Origin: Octopus vulgaris
Lineage: Eukaryota
DNA: 64,000 nucleotides
Direction of reading: 5' to 3'
NCBI GenBank assembly: GCA_951406725.2
Contig: OX597818.1
Coordinates: forward strand, 75,578,001-75,642,000
Shown here: piece by piece, positions 11,209-23,920 of the stretch
How the letters are laid out: every line of letters starts with the position of its first letter
Numbering within the stretch: position 1 is the stretch's first letter
The notes under the pieces: generated by a model
The model's input: the letters and a program-made list of their open reading frames with translations, nothing else
The model's database searches: none
What the model was told of the DNA's origin: nothing
Translations under genes and position numbers: made by a program

Positions 11209-13650
11209 CTATTAGAGAAAAGAGACAGGCTTGGAAGGACTGGAAGAATGATGCTAGCAGGGAATTGTATCAGACTGCCAAAAGGGAAGCTAGGAGACAG
11301 GTCTATCTAGCCAGAGGGAAGCAGATAAGAAAAAATTTGCCAATGTTCTGCGCCGTGAGGACCAAAGACTGGAGGTGTTTCGTGTTGCAAGACAGTGTGT
11401 GAGAGAGAATTGTGATGTGGTAGGAGAGAAGTGGGTTCGCATGGAAGATGGTTCACTTGTGCTAAATGAGGATGCAAAGAGAGAGGTTTGGAGACGCCAC
11501 TATGAAAGATTGCTGAATAAAGAAAATGAATGGGATAAAGAGAGTCTGCCGAATGTTGACCCAACAGAGGGACCAACTATCCGAGTTGAGAGTTCCTTGG
11601 TAGTTAAGGCAATTAGAAGCATGAAGACAGGGAAAGTCCCAGGCCCATCAGGAATCACTGCAGAGATGCTCAAAATATCTGGTAGTGTCGGCTATAGCCT
11701 AGTCACCCGTATAGTTAATCAGGTGATACACGAAGGAGTCATACCCAACGACTGGTGTAGCAGCATTAATAGTCCAACTGCTACAAAGGTAAAGGTGACG
11801 CCCTAGATACAAATAATTACAGAGGTATCAAGCTGTTGGATCAGGTAATGAAGGTTACAGAGAGGGTCATAGCCCAACTAATTAGAGAAAGAGAGTTAGT
11901 TTAGATGAGATGCAGTTTGGGTTCGTGCCAGGGAAAAGTACCACTGATGCTATATTCCTGGTAAGGCAGCTGCAGGAGAAATACCTAGCTGAAGATAAGC
12001 CCCTGTACCTGGCTTTTGTTGACATAGAGAAAGCCTTTGACAGGGTCCCCCGATCCCTTATCTGGTGGTCAATGAGGAAACTAGGGATAGATGAATAGTT
12101 AGTGAGAGTTGTGCGAGCCATGTACAGGGACGCTGCTTAGTAAGGAGAGGGTTGGCAACGAGTACAGTGAAGAATTCCAGGTAGAGGTAGATGTCCACCA
12201 AGGCTCAGTCCTCAGCCCCCTCCTATTTATCATAGTCCTCCAGGCAATAACAGAGGAATTCAAGACAGGATGCCCCTGGGAGCTCCTCTATGCTGATGAC
12301 CTTGCTCTAATTGCTGAGTCACTATCAGAACTGGAGGAGAAGTTTCAGGTCTGGAAGCAAGGATTAGAATCGAAGGGCCTTAGAGTCAATCTAGCTAAAA
12401 CCAAAGTCCTAATAAGTAGGAAGGTAGACAAATCACAAACGCCTTCAGTAGATGGCCCTGCTCGATCTGTAGAAAAGGTGTAGGTAGAAACTCTATAAGA
12501 TGCACCAAGTGTAAGCTATGGACACATAAGAGGTGCAGCAATGTCAAAGGAAAGCTAACTAGGAAGGTAGTTTTTGTATGTGGCAGATGCTCAGGAGCAA
12601 TAAACACTGAAAATGCTCTGAGACCAACTTATGCCATTTTCCAGGGAGAAAAACTAGAAATAGTTGATAGCTTCCGTTACCTAGGTGACCAAGTCAGTAG
12701 CAGGGGGCGGGTGTGCTGAAAGTGTAACTGCTAGAGTAAGAATAGCTTGGTCAAAGTTCAGAGAGCTCTTACCTCTGCTGGTGACAAAAGGCCTCTCGCT
12801 CAGAGTAAAAGGCAGACTATATGATGCATGTGTACGTACAGCCATGCTACATGGTAGTGAAACATGGGCTGTGACTGCTGAGGATATGTGTAAGCTCGCA
12901 AGAAATGAAGCCAGTATGCTCCGATGGATGTGTAATGTCAGTGTTCATACTTGACAGAGTGTAAGTACCTTGAGAGTAAAGCTGGACCTAAGAAGCATCA
13001 GATGTGGTGTGCAAGAAAATCGTTTGCGCTGGTATGGTCATGTGGCGAGAATGGATGAAGATAGTTTGTGAAAAAGTGCCACACCCTAGCGGTTGAGGGA
13101 ACCTGTGGAAGAGGCAGACCCAGGAAAACCTGGAACGAGGTGGTGAAACACGACCTTCGAACTTTAGGTCTCACTGAGGAAATGACAAGAGACTGAGACC
13201 TCTGGAAGTATGCTGTGCGTGAGAAGACCCGGCAGAACAAGTGAGACCATAACCCGTGGCCTCTACACGGGATGTAGCCAGTCCACTTTGCATACCTTTC
13301 CTTCTTGGGACACAAAACTCTACTTGTGAAGACCTGTTGAGGCAAGTGAAAATCGAAATCGATCAATGGAAATTACAGCTGAGATACCAGTGCCGGTGGC
13401 ACGTAAGAGAACCATCTGAACGTGGCCATTGCCAGCACCGCCCCGACTGGCCTCGTGCCGGTGGCATGTAAAAAGCACCCACTACACTCACAGAGTGGTT
13501 GGCGTTAGGAAGGACATCCAGCCGTAGAAACATTGACAGATCAGACTGGGCCTGGTGCAGCCTTCTGGCTTCCCAGACCCCAGTTGAACCGTCCAACCCA
13601 TGCTAGCATGGAAAGCGCACGCTAAACGATGATGATGATGATGATGATGA
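11206..13650 (+). mobile_element. 5'-truncated RTE LINE: RT domain with stops/frameshifts, 3' UTR, (GAT)n tail
   Basis: QFGFVPGKSTTDAIF, AFVDIEKAFDRVP, HQGSVLSPLLF, LLYADDL; tail GATGATGAT followed by (TA)n. Confidence 0.95.
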
Positions 13651-13665
13651 AATATATATATATAT

Positions 13666-13791
<126 letters not shown>

Positions 13792-13793
13792 AC

Positions 13794-13828
<35 letters not shown>

Positions 13829-14375
13829 AGTGTGAGTATCTTTGTGTCTCCTTGTCTCGACACCATGTGATTGCTGTAAATGAGCATCACTGTCATACAC
13901 GCAGAGCCCTTCATTTCCAATCCTCTATGAAGACATGTCCGGCCAGGGGAAATATCACTTTACTTGAAAACAGGTGAAGTTTGGTGAGAGGAAGGGCATC
14001 TGGCTGTAGAAAATTTGCCTCAACAAATTTCATCTGGCCCATGGGAGCATAGAAAAGTGAATATTAAAATGATGATGATGATGATGATGATGATAGCCTG
14101 CAAGAGACTAATATAGATTTTGTGGGTAGTAAACCTTTGATATTGCTATCTTTATTGTCAGTACAAAATAAATAGTTGTTTATAGGGAAAGCACTCAAAC
14201 AGATAATAGGATTTATCATCTTTCCTTTATCATCATCATCAACAGCAGCAGCAGCAGCATTTTTACATTCTTTTCTTCTTTACTTGCATTCAAACCCAGC
14301 TGTGGCTATAATTCAAGGTAGAAAGGTTCCATCAGTCGCTTTATCATTATACACACACACACACACACATTTTCG

Positions 14376-15481
14376 TTGGTAATCGATGATTGGACTAAGG
14401 GCTCGACACATTTCATTGGACATTTTGCATCTTATTCATGCAATTATCAAAATGACTATTGTACTGTTTTGCTAGCATTTTCACCAATAGTAAGTGAAAC
14501 ATCATTCACTGCTACTGATTATGTTGAATTTATAGAGTATGTGTTAAATGTCTATAACAAAAATTTAGAAAATGTAGCTATTACCAGAGATAATACTGGA
14601 GTGAACAAATCTGTAGTGAATTTGTGTAGTATACCATTGGTTGGATGTGCTTCTTATAAATTTAATCTAGCTGTTTCTGCTTATCTCGATAAGCAGGAAG
14701 TTCTGCTTGATAAAATTGATATGTTGATGAGCAAGATAAAATCATTAAAACTTGCGGGTAGACTTCAGGAAAAAATGTCTTTGCAACCTATACAAAGAAA
14801 TAAAACCTGTTGGTCCAGTACTTATGACAGGATTGAGAGGTACATCCAACTGAAGCCATTTTTAGACTCTTTTCAAGACAATCCAAAGCTGGTTGATTAT
14901 TTGTTGTCTCCACACGACCATAATGATCTGCAGACTCTAAAAGACAAATTAGGAAAGTTACGCTCAGTAACAGTTGCCTTGCAAAGAACAGAAATAGATT
15001 TAGGAGATGCTCGAATTCTTTTTGACAAAATTCACACATTGTATCCTTATGAGGAGTTGTAAAAATATTTGTTTCCATTGGCAGCCATTGTGCACAGCCC
15101 AAATTTTGAATGTGGAGTTGTGAAAATTATACAACATGCAGAAGCAGAACTAACTGCGGATGAAGTGGCTGCTCTACATCAGCTGAAAGTAGTGACAGAC
15201 ACATCACATCAGTCTGATTTACCTGTAGAAGATGGTGATTTTGCTTCAGTTTGTTTGAAAAAACACAAAAAAGATAAAATTTTACTTCAGCAATATATGA
15301 ACTGTAGATTTTGTTACTAATGTCCAACATCTTGGAACATTTCTTCAGCTCAGCAGGTTACGCTTTTAATAATTTTCAGCAATACTTAATATCAATGAAT
15401 TTAAAATTGCAATTATTTCTGAAAGTCAATTGCGCTTTCTGGGATGAAGACCTAATTTCAGAAACCTGCAATAGTTCATGA
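14376..15481 (+). pseudogene. Decayed hAT-superfamily transposase
   Basis: DDWT first catalytic motif, DNTGVN, VGCAS(Y)KFNLAV (CxxH-like), NKTCWSSTY, C-terminal SNILEHFFSSA...LQLFLKVN..FWD dimerisation-like motif; stop at 15060-15062 and a frameshift near 15310. Confidence 0.85.
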
Positions 15482-18400
15482 CCTTTTGCTATATTAGAAC
15501 ATTTTAATTGTGCTACTCATTTGAGAAACTCTTTCAATAAAAGACCTTCAATTTACTTGTTTTCCAATAACTGTACAATGTAGAGTATACATGTTGTTTG
15601 TTCCTTATTCTAAATCAATAAAATTAAACTTTGAACATTTTCTGATAATAAAGTTTTTGAAACTACAAGACGTGCCTTTTATTTTCCTATCATTTTGGCT
15701 TTTACCTAAATCGAAGCTAACACTCCAAAACACCTATATGGTGTTTTTATGTTCAGCAAAATAATTGACAATTAATTGCAATAATTGATTGGCCTGTATC
15801 CCAATTAAAATAAATTGATTGCTAGGAAAATAATTGATTAGAAAGGTTGCCTTGAAGAATTTTGATCAAACTTATCAACTCCATTATTTATTATTTTCTT
15901 TTTTTTTTTGTAAAGCCTGGTGCTTATACTACTGGTCTCTTTTGCCAAAACACTAATTTATGGGGATGTAAACACACCAACACCAGATGTCATGCAATAG
16001 TGGGAGATAAACACACACACACATACACATGCAAAGTTTATGTTTGTGACATATTTCAACAGCTAAAAGGCAAATTCATTGCAGTTACTGTGGAAAAAAA
16101 TTTTTCTTATGTTAAAAAGGTGTAAAAATGCTACACCTGTCCAGTGTCACCATCTATCAGGATTCTCAGACATCGATGCTTCTAGTTCCTTGTACAACAG
16201 TATTCTTTTAGTTTCTACAAGGGTTTGGTTGACCGGAGGCTACTGTAGAAGACACTACCCCAAGGTGCCATACAGTAAGACTGAACTCAGAACCATGTAG
16301 TGGGGGACGCAAATTTCTTACCACAGAGCCACATTGCACCTATGGTAATATAGTAACAAAAATGGTAAAGTGATATCAATTAAAACCTTCCATTGAAATT
16401 TCATGTGTGTTTATGTTCCAAACACCAACTTAATATAATGACAGTTATTTTACTAAATTCGGCATTGTTTTAAAAATCAATTCAAACAATAGTACTATAT
16501 TTCAATTGAAATATGGAAAAAAAATTAAAATCTTAAGGAATTTTCATTATTAAGCATGGAGAAATACATGACTAATATAAACATCTTTCAATTTTATTTT
16601 ACAAACAACCATTCTAAAAATGACTTTTACCTCATTCTGTATAAGTTTGATGACACTGTTTCAAGACTGAAATATTCTACTTCAGCTTCCTACCTAAAAA
16701 TGTCAGCACTTTGAAACACAATTACTCTAAATAAATTGTAATAAGATTTTAATTCACTGTCATATATTTTCAGTCAGATTTTAAAGTAATTCAATGATAT
16801 TTGGTCAAATGGAATTGGTTAAATGTCAAAGGGAAACTCATTTTACACTAAAAATGATGCTGAACTCCTGGTACAGGTTTCTTTTTGTTTTGATTATGAA
16901 CAGATAATTGCATGTGATGTGGAACAGAGGTTATAATGTTTATTTTTGTTTTGCACTGTTTTAGTTTTTGATGTTTTTCCCATTGTTAACTACTTCAACT
17001 ATGATATTGTGAAGTAGGTGTCAATTTTTATCTGGTGGACTGAGGTAAAGTAAGTAATAAATTGAGGTCAACACAGTGACTACAATAAGCTTTGTAGTAA
17101 CATATTTCATCTTGTAAAATTCTGATTAGTGAAATAGAAATCAGAAGAGCAACAACAACAACAAACAAAAGTTTATCCTGTATCATCATTATCATCATCA
17201 ACATTAAATGCCTGTTTTCCATGCTGGCATGGGTTGGACAGTTTGACAGAAACTGGGAAGGCCAGAAACAACACTAGGTACCATAGTTTGTTTTGACTAG
17301 GTTTCCATGCATGGATGCCCTTCCTGACACCAACCACTTTACAGAGTGTACTGTGTGCTTTTTACGTGGCACTATCACCAGTGCTTTTTATGTGATACCA
17401 TGGTAACTGGTAAAGACTCCTTTTGGTCATAAATAACCATGGAACTGCACCTAGACAGTTCCCCTCTGAGGCACAAGTCTAGGCATGGTTGTTTATGGAA
17501 GACCAGCAGTCACCCATGCATACCAGCTTCCCTTCTTTGTGCCACTGATGTTATCTAAGGGCAAGGAAAAGGCTGATACAGCTTGGCACCAGTGACATTG
17601 CAACTCATTTCTACAGCTGAGTGAACTGGAGCAATGTAAAATAATGTGTCTTGCTCAAGAACACAACACACAGCCCAGTCTGGGAATCGAACTCAATACC
17701 TCATCATTGTGAGCCTGACACTTTAATCACTGAGTCATACACCACTGCACCAACACCACTGCTTTTTTACATGGCACCAGCACCCACACTAATGCTTTTA
17801 TATGGCAGATTGCTTGTAGGCTCTCAATTCTGCTGTGGTGGGCAGCTCTTCTTGAGTACAGCAATGTGCCACATATCTAGATTCTCTGTATATTCATTGA
17901 TTTGAAAGATGATGGGAGAGAATTCGAGGAAGATTCCACTGCAATTTCTTGCAAATCAAGCAACTGCATAGAGACTTCCTCAAATATTGAAGAGCGGAGA
18001 GAGTGTGACATGTCCGAACTCTCACATGGTATTCTATACAATAAATCATTGTAGATGTACAGGAATACAAGGAGCACAGAAATGAACCAGACAGTGAAGA
18101 GAGTACAATTTGATCAAACTGACACACTGCACCTCATATATATCACAGCATGTCAGCACTCAATAGGTTCCTAAGCTTGGCCAAACTGGGAAGACAGATT
18201 AGTCAGTTGTACCTCATTGTTCAGCTGTAGAGACATTTTTGTTTGGACTTAAAGGTTGAGGGTTGTTCTCTTGTTATGGTTTCCTGAGTTGCTGGCCTTG
18301 ATCCATATCTCGACTCACCTCATCCACACTCTGCCATGGACTCAGTCAAGTGTGTCTTAGGCAAGAAACTTAAAACCAAACTGTTTTTTTTTGAGAAGTG

Positions 18401-19264
18401 GATTTGAATTTGGAGTTTGAGTCATAGTGAATCTTTCATTAGCTCAATTCACAACAATGTCGGCCACCCCTATGGATACATTGCATTCTCTCTTGATAGA
18501 GTTGGTTATCCTCATCATCGATCTTCGAGGATTTCTCTGCTCAGCATCAGTTTAAGAAGTACCATTGGATCATTTGAGTTCTTCTGCTACCTCTTCACAA
18601 TCCACCATGCTGCAGTCCCATAACTTTGCCATCTCCCTGGGGTAACTGAACAGATGCTACGACTTACCAAAGGGTAGCCCATAACTATGCAGGACATAAT
18701 CATCATTTTGTGAGGTATTTTTAAAATATCCACACACCCATTATTATTTACCAATTTGTTAAGGTTATAAGCTGGCAGACTTGTTAGCACATCAGGCAAA
18801 ATGTTTGGTGGTATTTCATCTGTCTTTACATTCTGAGTTCAAATTCCACTGAGGTTGACTTTGCCTTTCATCCTTTTGGGATCAATAAATTAAGTGCCAG
18901 TTGCGCACTGGGATAAATGTAATCAATTTAATCTCTCCCCCAAAACTGCTGGCTTTGTGCCAAAATTGGAAACCAATTTGTTAGAGAAGGAAGGTATGAC
19001 AGCCAAGGATGGAGAAATTGAGGTGGTTGATGTCCAGGGTCAGTCCAAATGATCTTTGTAGACCTTCCCATGGTGGAGAAATTGATGTGGATGATGTTCA
19101 GTTTAGATTTCTTCACCTAGATGAGATTTGTCCCATCTGATATAGAAAACAGCAAATAATGGATTTGCAAATAGCCACTCAACCAAATAAATAATCTGGT
19201 GTAAACAACTGAAGCCACATTAAATTAAAATATCTATTTATGTATCATCCTTAATATAATATTT

Positions 19265-19500
19265 GTCTGTTGATGATGACCAGGACATCACATGGGAGAC
19301 GAAGATGAGTCGTGGTGCATCTGGTTGTAACCAATCAGGCTGATATGTACTCAGAAGGTTTTACTGCAGGTTGGGCACTGGTAGGCTGCTGAGAATGAGG
19401 GCAAGGAGTTGGTTCTGGATTTGTGCAGCTCATATTCTGTTTGTGCTCCTGCAGTTCTATTCTGTTTGTGTATATACACTGTCGATAGGCAAGCTGCTTT
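19265..19500 (-). mobile_element. BovB/RTE-like LINE 3' end with degenerate C-terminal Zn finger (second copy + strand ~52440-52812)
   Basis: YQCPTCSKTF*VHISLI..QMH; both copies share the 3' end GACTCATCTTC...CATGTGATGTC...GGTCATCATCAAC. Confidence 0.6.
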
Positions 19501-21522
19501 GAGTTTTGTCTGAGATAATATTTTAATATATTTATTCAGTATCAAGGGCAAATTGAAAGTTCATAACAGCCTGAAGTTATGCAAAATAAAAAAATGTTAT
19601 AAGGGAAAAGTACTGTTGATAGCGGAAAAGGTTGGTGTTGAGCAGGTGTTGGCATTCCATAAGGAGGAGTGAAGGCAGGGAGATATTTTAAGAAACTGGA
19701 ATTTTAGGAAAGATTTCTTTTTCTTAAGATCATAATCTTAGTATTTTGAAACAAGAAAAAAACAACAATTGAAAAAATTGAGAGAAATAGTTAGTGGTAG
19801 AAGTAAAGAAAAAAAGAAAGAAAGAAGAAGAAAAAGGGTAACCTTATTCTTTATGTTTCTTTTACTGTTCACTTTTCTGTCTTTTTGTGTCTTATTCTGT
19901 ATACTATACATGTACTTCTAGCTTTCATTGCTGTCTTTCTTTACTTGACTTATACGGTTGCTGAGAGCAATGTAATCAACTTACCCACTCCACTGAAATT
20001 ACTGCCCTTAGGCCTATAGTAGACAGTAATATTATTATTATTGGTAGAGTAGTGGATACACTTGAAAGGGCTAAAGACAGATACTTTCCTCTTTGGTCAA
20101 GTCCTCATAAATTTTTTCAAGTTTCACTTGAAAAGGAAAGTGAGGGTGGAGAAAGAGAAGTGTTGGCTTCTAGCAAATTTGTTGAAAGGTGGGTGAATGT
20201 CAGGAAAATGGTCAGTGTAAAAGGGTTCATTTTAAGCATGCTCCTGTGAAAAATAAAAGAATGGCTCTTGCCCTGTTAGTCAGGTACCCGTGGTTTTTGT
20301 GGTTTTTTTCCACAAGTAGCCTTAAAGCATCTCCCATTATTGGGAGTTTTATTTGTCTAATTTTGTTTATTTATGTACACATTTCAAAATCCTTTGTATC
20401 GTCCTGTTTTGTCATTTCATGTTGTTTTTATGTAATCCCGTGTGGCCAATAAAATAATTTATTATTATTGTTGTTGTTGTCGTCATCATCATCATCATTA
20501 TTATTGTTATTATTATTATAGCAACGAGAGCGAGGACAACGTCAAGATCAGAAATAACATCTTACTAATGAATGGAAACGGTTTCATATAGTTATCTCCC
20601 TTGGATTATGTGAGACGTTTTGAAGTTGTTCGAAATGTAGCAAACAATTTCGAACATAATTTCTGTTGAGTTTGCTTTTCCTCTTGATTTAGACTTTTTT
20701 TCCCTACAGCTTACATTCTTAATAAACACAACTGTATTGTTTGTAAGTAATAGGATTGGTCGAGTGCTTTTATTATTTTATTGATAACGCAGGGAACATT
20801 TTCGAAACAATTTTTTTACTTTTCTTACTTTTTACAATTAGTCCTACTTAAATGAAGCACTGCATGGGCATATTTGGAGACAAGTTCCACAGATATGAGG
20901 TACGATGTCAAGGACAACAGAAACGTGTTGTTTATTAACATCTAATTTTATGTAGGGCATTTCTTTCATCACCATGACATTTAAAACTGGTTAGATGGAA
21001 AATGGTGTAAATTGCTCTAGTTAGATGCTTTTTATTTACTGAAAATACTTAAATCATGACTTGTTAAATGATATTAGAAAATTAAGTTTTCATAGTTATG
21101 TCAAGCTTCATTCATGCATGTGCTTTTGAGTAAGCCAACACTATCCTTAGAAATGGTGACAATATCAGAAATGTTGAAAAATGGACATTTGGGTTTGTGA
21201 AAAATCTTGACATGGTGGAGCAAAATGGATTTAATTTTTGAAATTAGCACCACCAAAATTACCAACACCAGACAATAGAAACCATGTTCTTCAATGCTGA
21301 GTTTAATTATTTGGAATTCAGTTAAATCTCATGGGAACACACACACATACATATATGCAAATGTGTGTGAAGATATATATATATAGGGGGAGAATTCACG
21401 AAAAAACAAAAAACAAAGACAGGTGGTGTAGAAAACAAACAGATGTATTAGTATAATGCTTGGGAACTGAAAAAGTCTTTAACGTTTCGACCCTACGCTC
21501 TTCCACAGAACAGAGCACAGAA

Positions 21523-21556
<34 letters not shown>

Positions 21557-22401
21557 GTGTGTGTGTAGTGGATCTTGCAAGCATGAAATGGATTGGACCC
21601 ACTATAACCAAATTTAAATTAACACTGCAACAGAACTTTTCCCACAGTAAGTGGATTTGGTAGACGGAAACTGAAAGAAGCCCATTGTATAATGTATATA
21701 TAAATGTGTGTGTGTGCATATATACATTTGTGTGTCTGTGTTTGTCCTCCCAACATCACCCGACAACCGATGCTGGTGTATTTACGTCCCTGTAACTTAG
21801 CGGTTCGGCAAAAGAGACCGATAGAATAAGTACTAGGCTTACAAAGAATAAGTCCTGGGGTCGATTTGCTCAACTAAAGGTGGTGCTCCAGCATGGCCAC
21901 AGTCGAATGACTGAAACAAGTAAAAGAGTAAAGAGTAAAAGATATATATATATCATCATCATCGTTTAACGTCCGTTTTCCGCGCTAGCACGGGTTGGAC
22001 GGTTTCGACCGGGGTCTGGGGAGCTAGGGACTGCCCCAGGCTCCAGTCTAGTCTGGCAGTGTTTCTACAGCTGGATGCCCTTCCTAACGCCAACCACTCT
22101 GCGAGTGTAGTGGGTGTTTTTTACATGCCACCTGCACAGGTGCCAGAGGGGTCTGGCATCGGCCACGTTCGGATGGTGCTTTTTATGTGGGGGGGTGCAG
22201 AAATATATAGGGGAGCACCAGTGGGGAGGGGTGGTTCAGAGAAATGATGACAGGTTCTAGGCAAGTAGAACGTAGGATATCAAGAGAGGGGTAATGCATG
22301 GTGAAATAGCGTGTTGAAGAGGGGGGTTCGAAGAGTAGACACCTATAATGGTGGTGGGAGAAGCGACATCCGGTATAGACGGAACAAAAATATAGAGATA
22401 T

Positions 22402-22523
22402 CCGGGTGGTGGGGGTGGGCAAGGGTGGGGGTGGGTAAGGCCGGGTGGTGGGGGTGGGCAAGGGTGGGGTGGGCAAGGCCGGGTGGTGGGGGTGGGCAAG
22501 GCCGGGTGGTGGGGGTGGGCAAG
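22402..22523 (+). repeat. G-rich minisatellite (CCGGGTGGTGGGGGTGGGCAAGG)n, predicted G-quadruplex
   Basis: Many GGG tracts with 1-5 nt loops. Confidence 0.8.
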
Positions 22524-23136
22524 TCGGGGAAGAAATGATAGTGAATGGTGGAGATCGAATTAAAGGATTGAAGGTTGAACTTTAGAGAAACGGGTGGGAA
22601 TGGCGATGTTTTTAGGGTGGCATATAGAAAGAAATGGAAAGCAAAGCAGATTGGTGGTTATAAGTTCAAAACATTTAAACGGTAGACAAATGTATGTATG
22701 TATGAAAAAGAAGGGAGAAAATCTTCTTAGCTTGCTTATGGACATCGCTGTAAGTCGGGGAAGAAATGATAGTGAATGGTGGAGATCGAATTAAAGGATT
22801 GAAGGTTGAACTTTAGAGAAACGGGCGGGAATGGCGATGTTTTTAGGGTAGCATATAGAAAGAAATGGAAAGCAAAGCAGATTGGTGGTTATAAGTTCAA
22901 AACATTTAAACGGTAGACAAATGTATGTATGTATGAAAAAGAAGGGAGAAAATCTTCTTAGCTTGCTTATGGACATCGCTGTAAGTCGGGGAAGAAATGA
23001 TAGTGAATGGTGGAGATCGAATTAAAGGATTGAAGGTTGAACTTTAGAGAAACGGGCGGGAATGGCGATGTTTTTAGGGTGGCATATAGAAAGAAAAGGA
23101 AAGCAAAGCAGATTGGTGGTTATAAGTTCAAAACAT
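22521..23136. repeat. 231-bp near-perfect tandem repeat, ~2.7 copies
   Basis: Units start at 22521, 22752 and 22983; duplicated ORFs 22560..22745 and 22791..22976. Confidence 0.95.
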
Positions 23137-23152
23137 ATATATATATATATAT

Positions 23153-23612
23153 ATTAGAAATATTGAATTTCTAAATGTCTCAGAGACAGGAGACGTCGAT
23201 GTTTCCTAGGGCTAAATGGCGGTGGTGTAATTCCCTTATGGGACTGTCACATTAAGTTGACAGTATATGACCACTATATCGCTCCACCACTGCTTATGTC
23301 TCTCTGAGACATTTAGAAATTCAATATTTCTAATTTCAGTGATCAGTAAATAAATTTTACTGTAAATATGATATATTTGCAGTGAGGTTGCGGTCATCTA
23401 CCCTGGCTACCCTGAACTGACGATGAGCAATAGGCTCAGAAACATATGTCTTCAGGCTGGGAGGGGGGTGATTGCCTCCCTTTGCAAATATAAGGACACA
23501 GAAAATGTGTCAAAGCCGACAGGAGACGTCGATGTTTCCTTGGGCTAAATGGCGGTGGTGTAATTCCCTTACGGGACTGTCACATTGAGTTGACAGTATA
23601 CGACCACTATAT
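23153..23612 (+). mobile_element. Retrozyme-like non-autonomous element: 333-bp monomer in ~1.3 tandem copies plus 34-bp 5' inversion, inserted in (TA)n
   Basis: Direct repeat 23185-23279 / 23518-23612; inverted repeat 23153-23186 / 23301-23334; contains an HHR. Confidence 0.75.
23402..23461 (+). ncRNA. Type I hammerhead ribozyme
   Basis: cctgg-CTAC-cctgaa CTGACGA tgagc-AATAG-gctca GAAA catatg TC|ttcagg ctggg; full core, GUC cleavage triplet, predicted cut after 23450. Confidence 0.85.
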
Positions 23613-23857
23613 ATATATACTGGCAAAAGATTCGAGCGATGTTGTTGCCAGTACCGCCTGATTGGCTCCCGTGCCAGTGTCACGTAAAAGCACCCTCTAC
23701 ACTTTCAGAGAGGTTGGCATTAGGAAGGGCATCCAGCTGTAGAAACTCTGCCAGATCAAGACTGGAGCCTGGTGCAGCAATCTGGTTTGCCAGCCCTCAG
23801 TCAAACAATCCAACCCATGCTACCATGGAAAGCAGACGTTAAATGATGATGATGATG

Positions 23858-23920
<63 letters not shown>

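Noticed and set aside
21474-21510. HHR-like motif on the minus strand (GTGGAAGAGCGTAGGGTCGAAACGTT)
   Set aside because: The core does not fit CUGANGA or a compensatory variant, and stem II is mismatched. Probably a decayed PLE pseudo-LTR, too weak to call.
22310-22342. gtgtTGAAGA...GAAGAGTAgacac resembling a hammerhead
   Set aside because: No credible stem II or III, and GAAA is absent.
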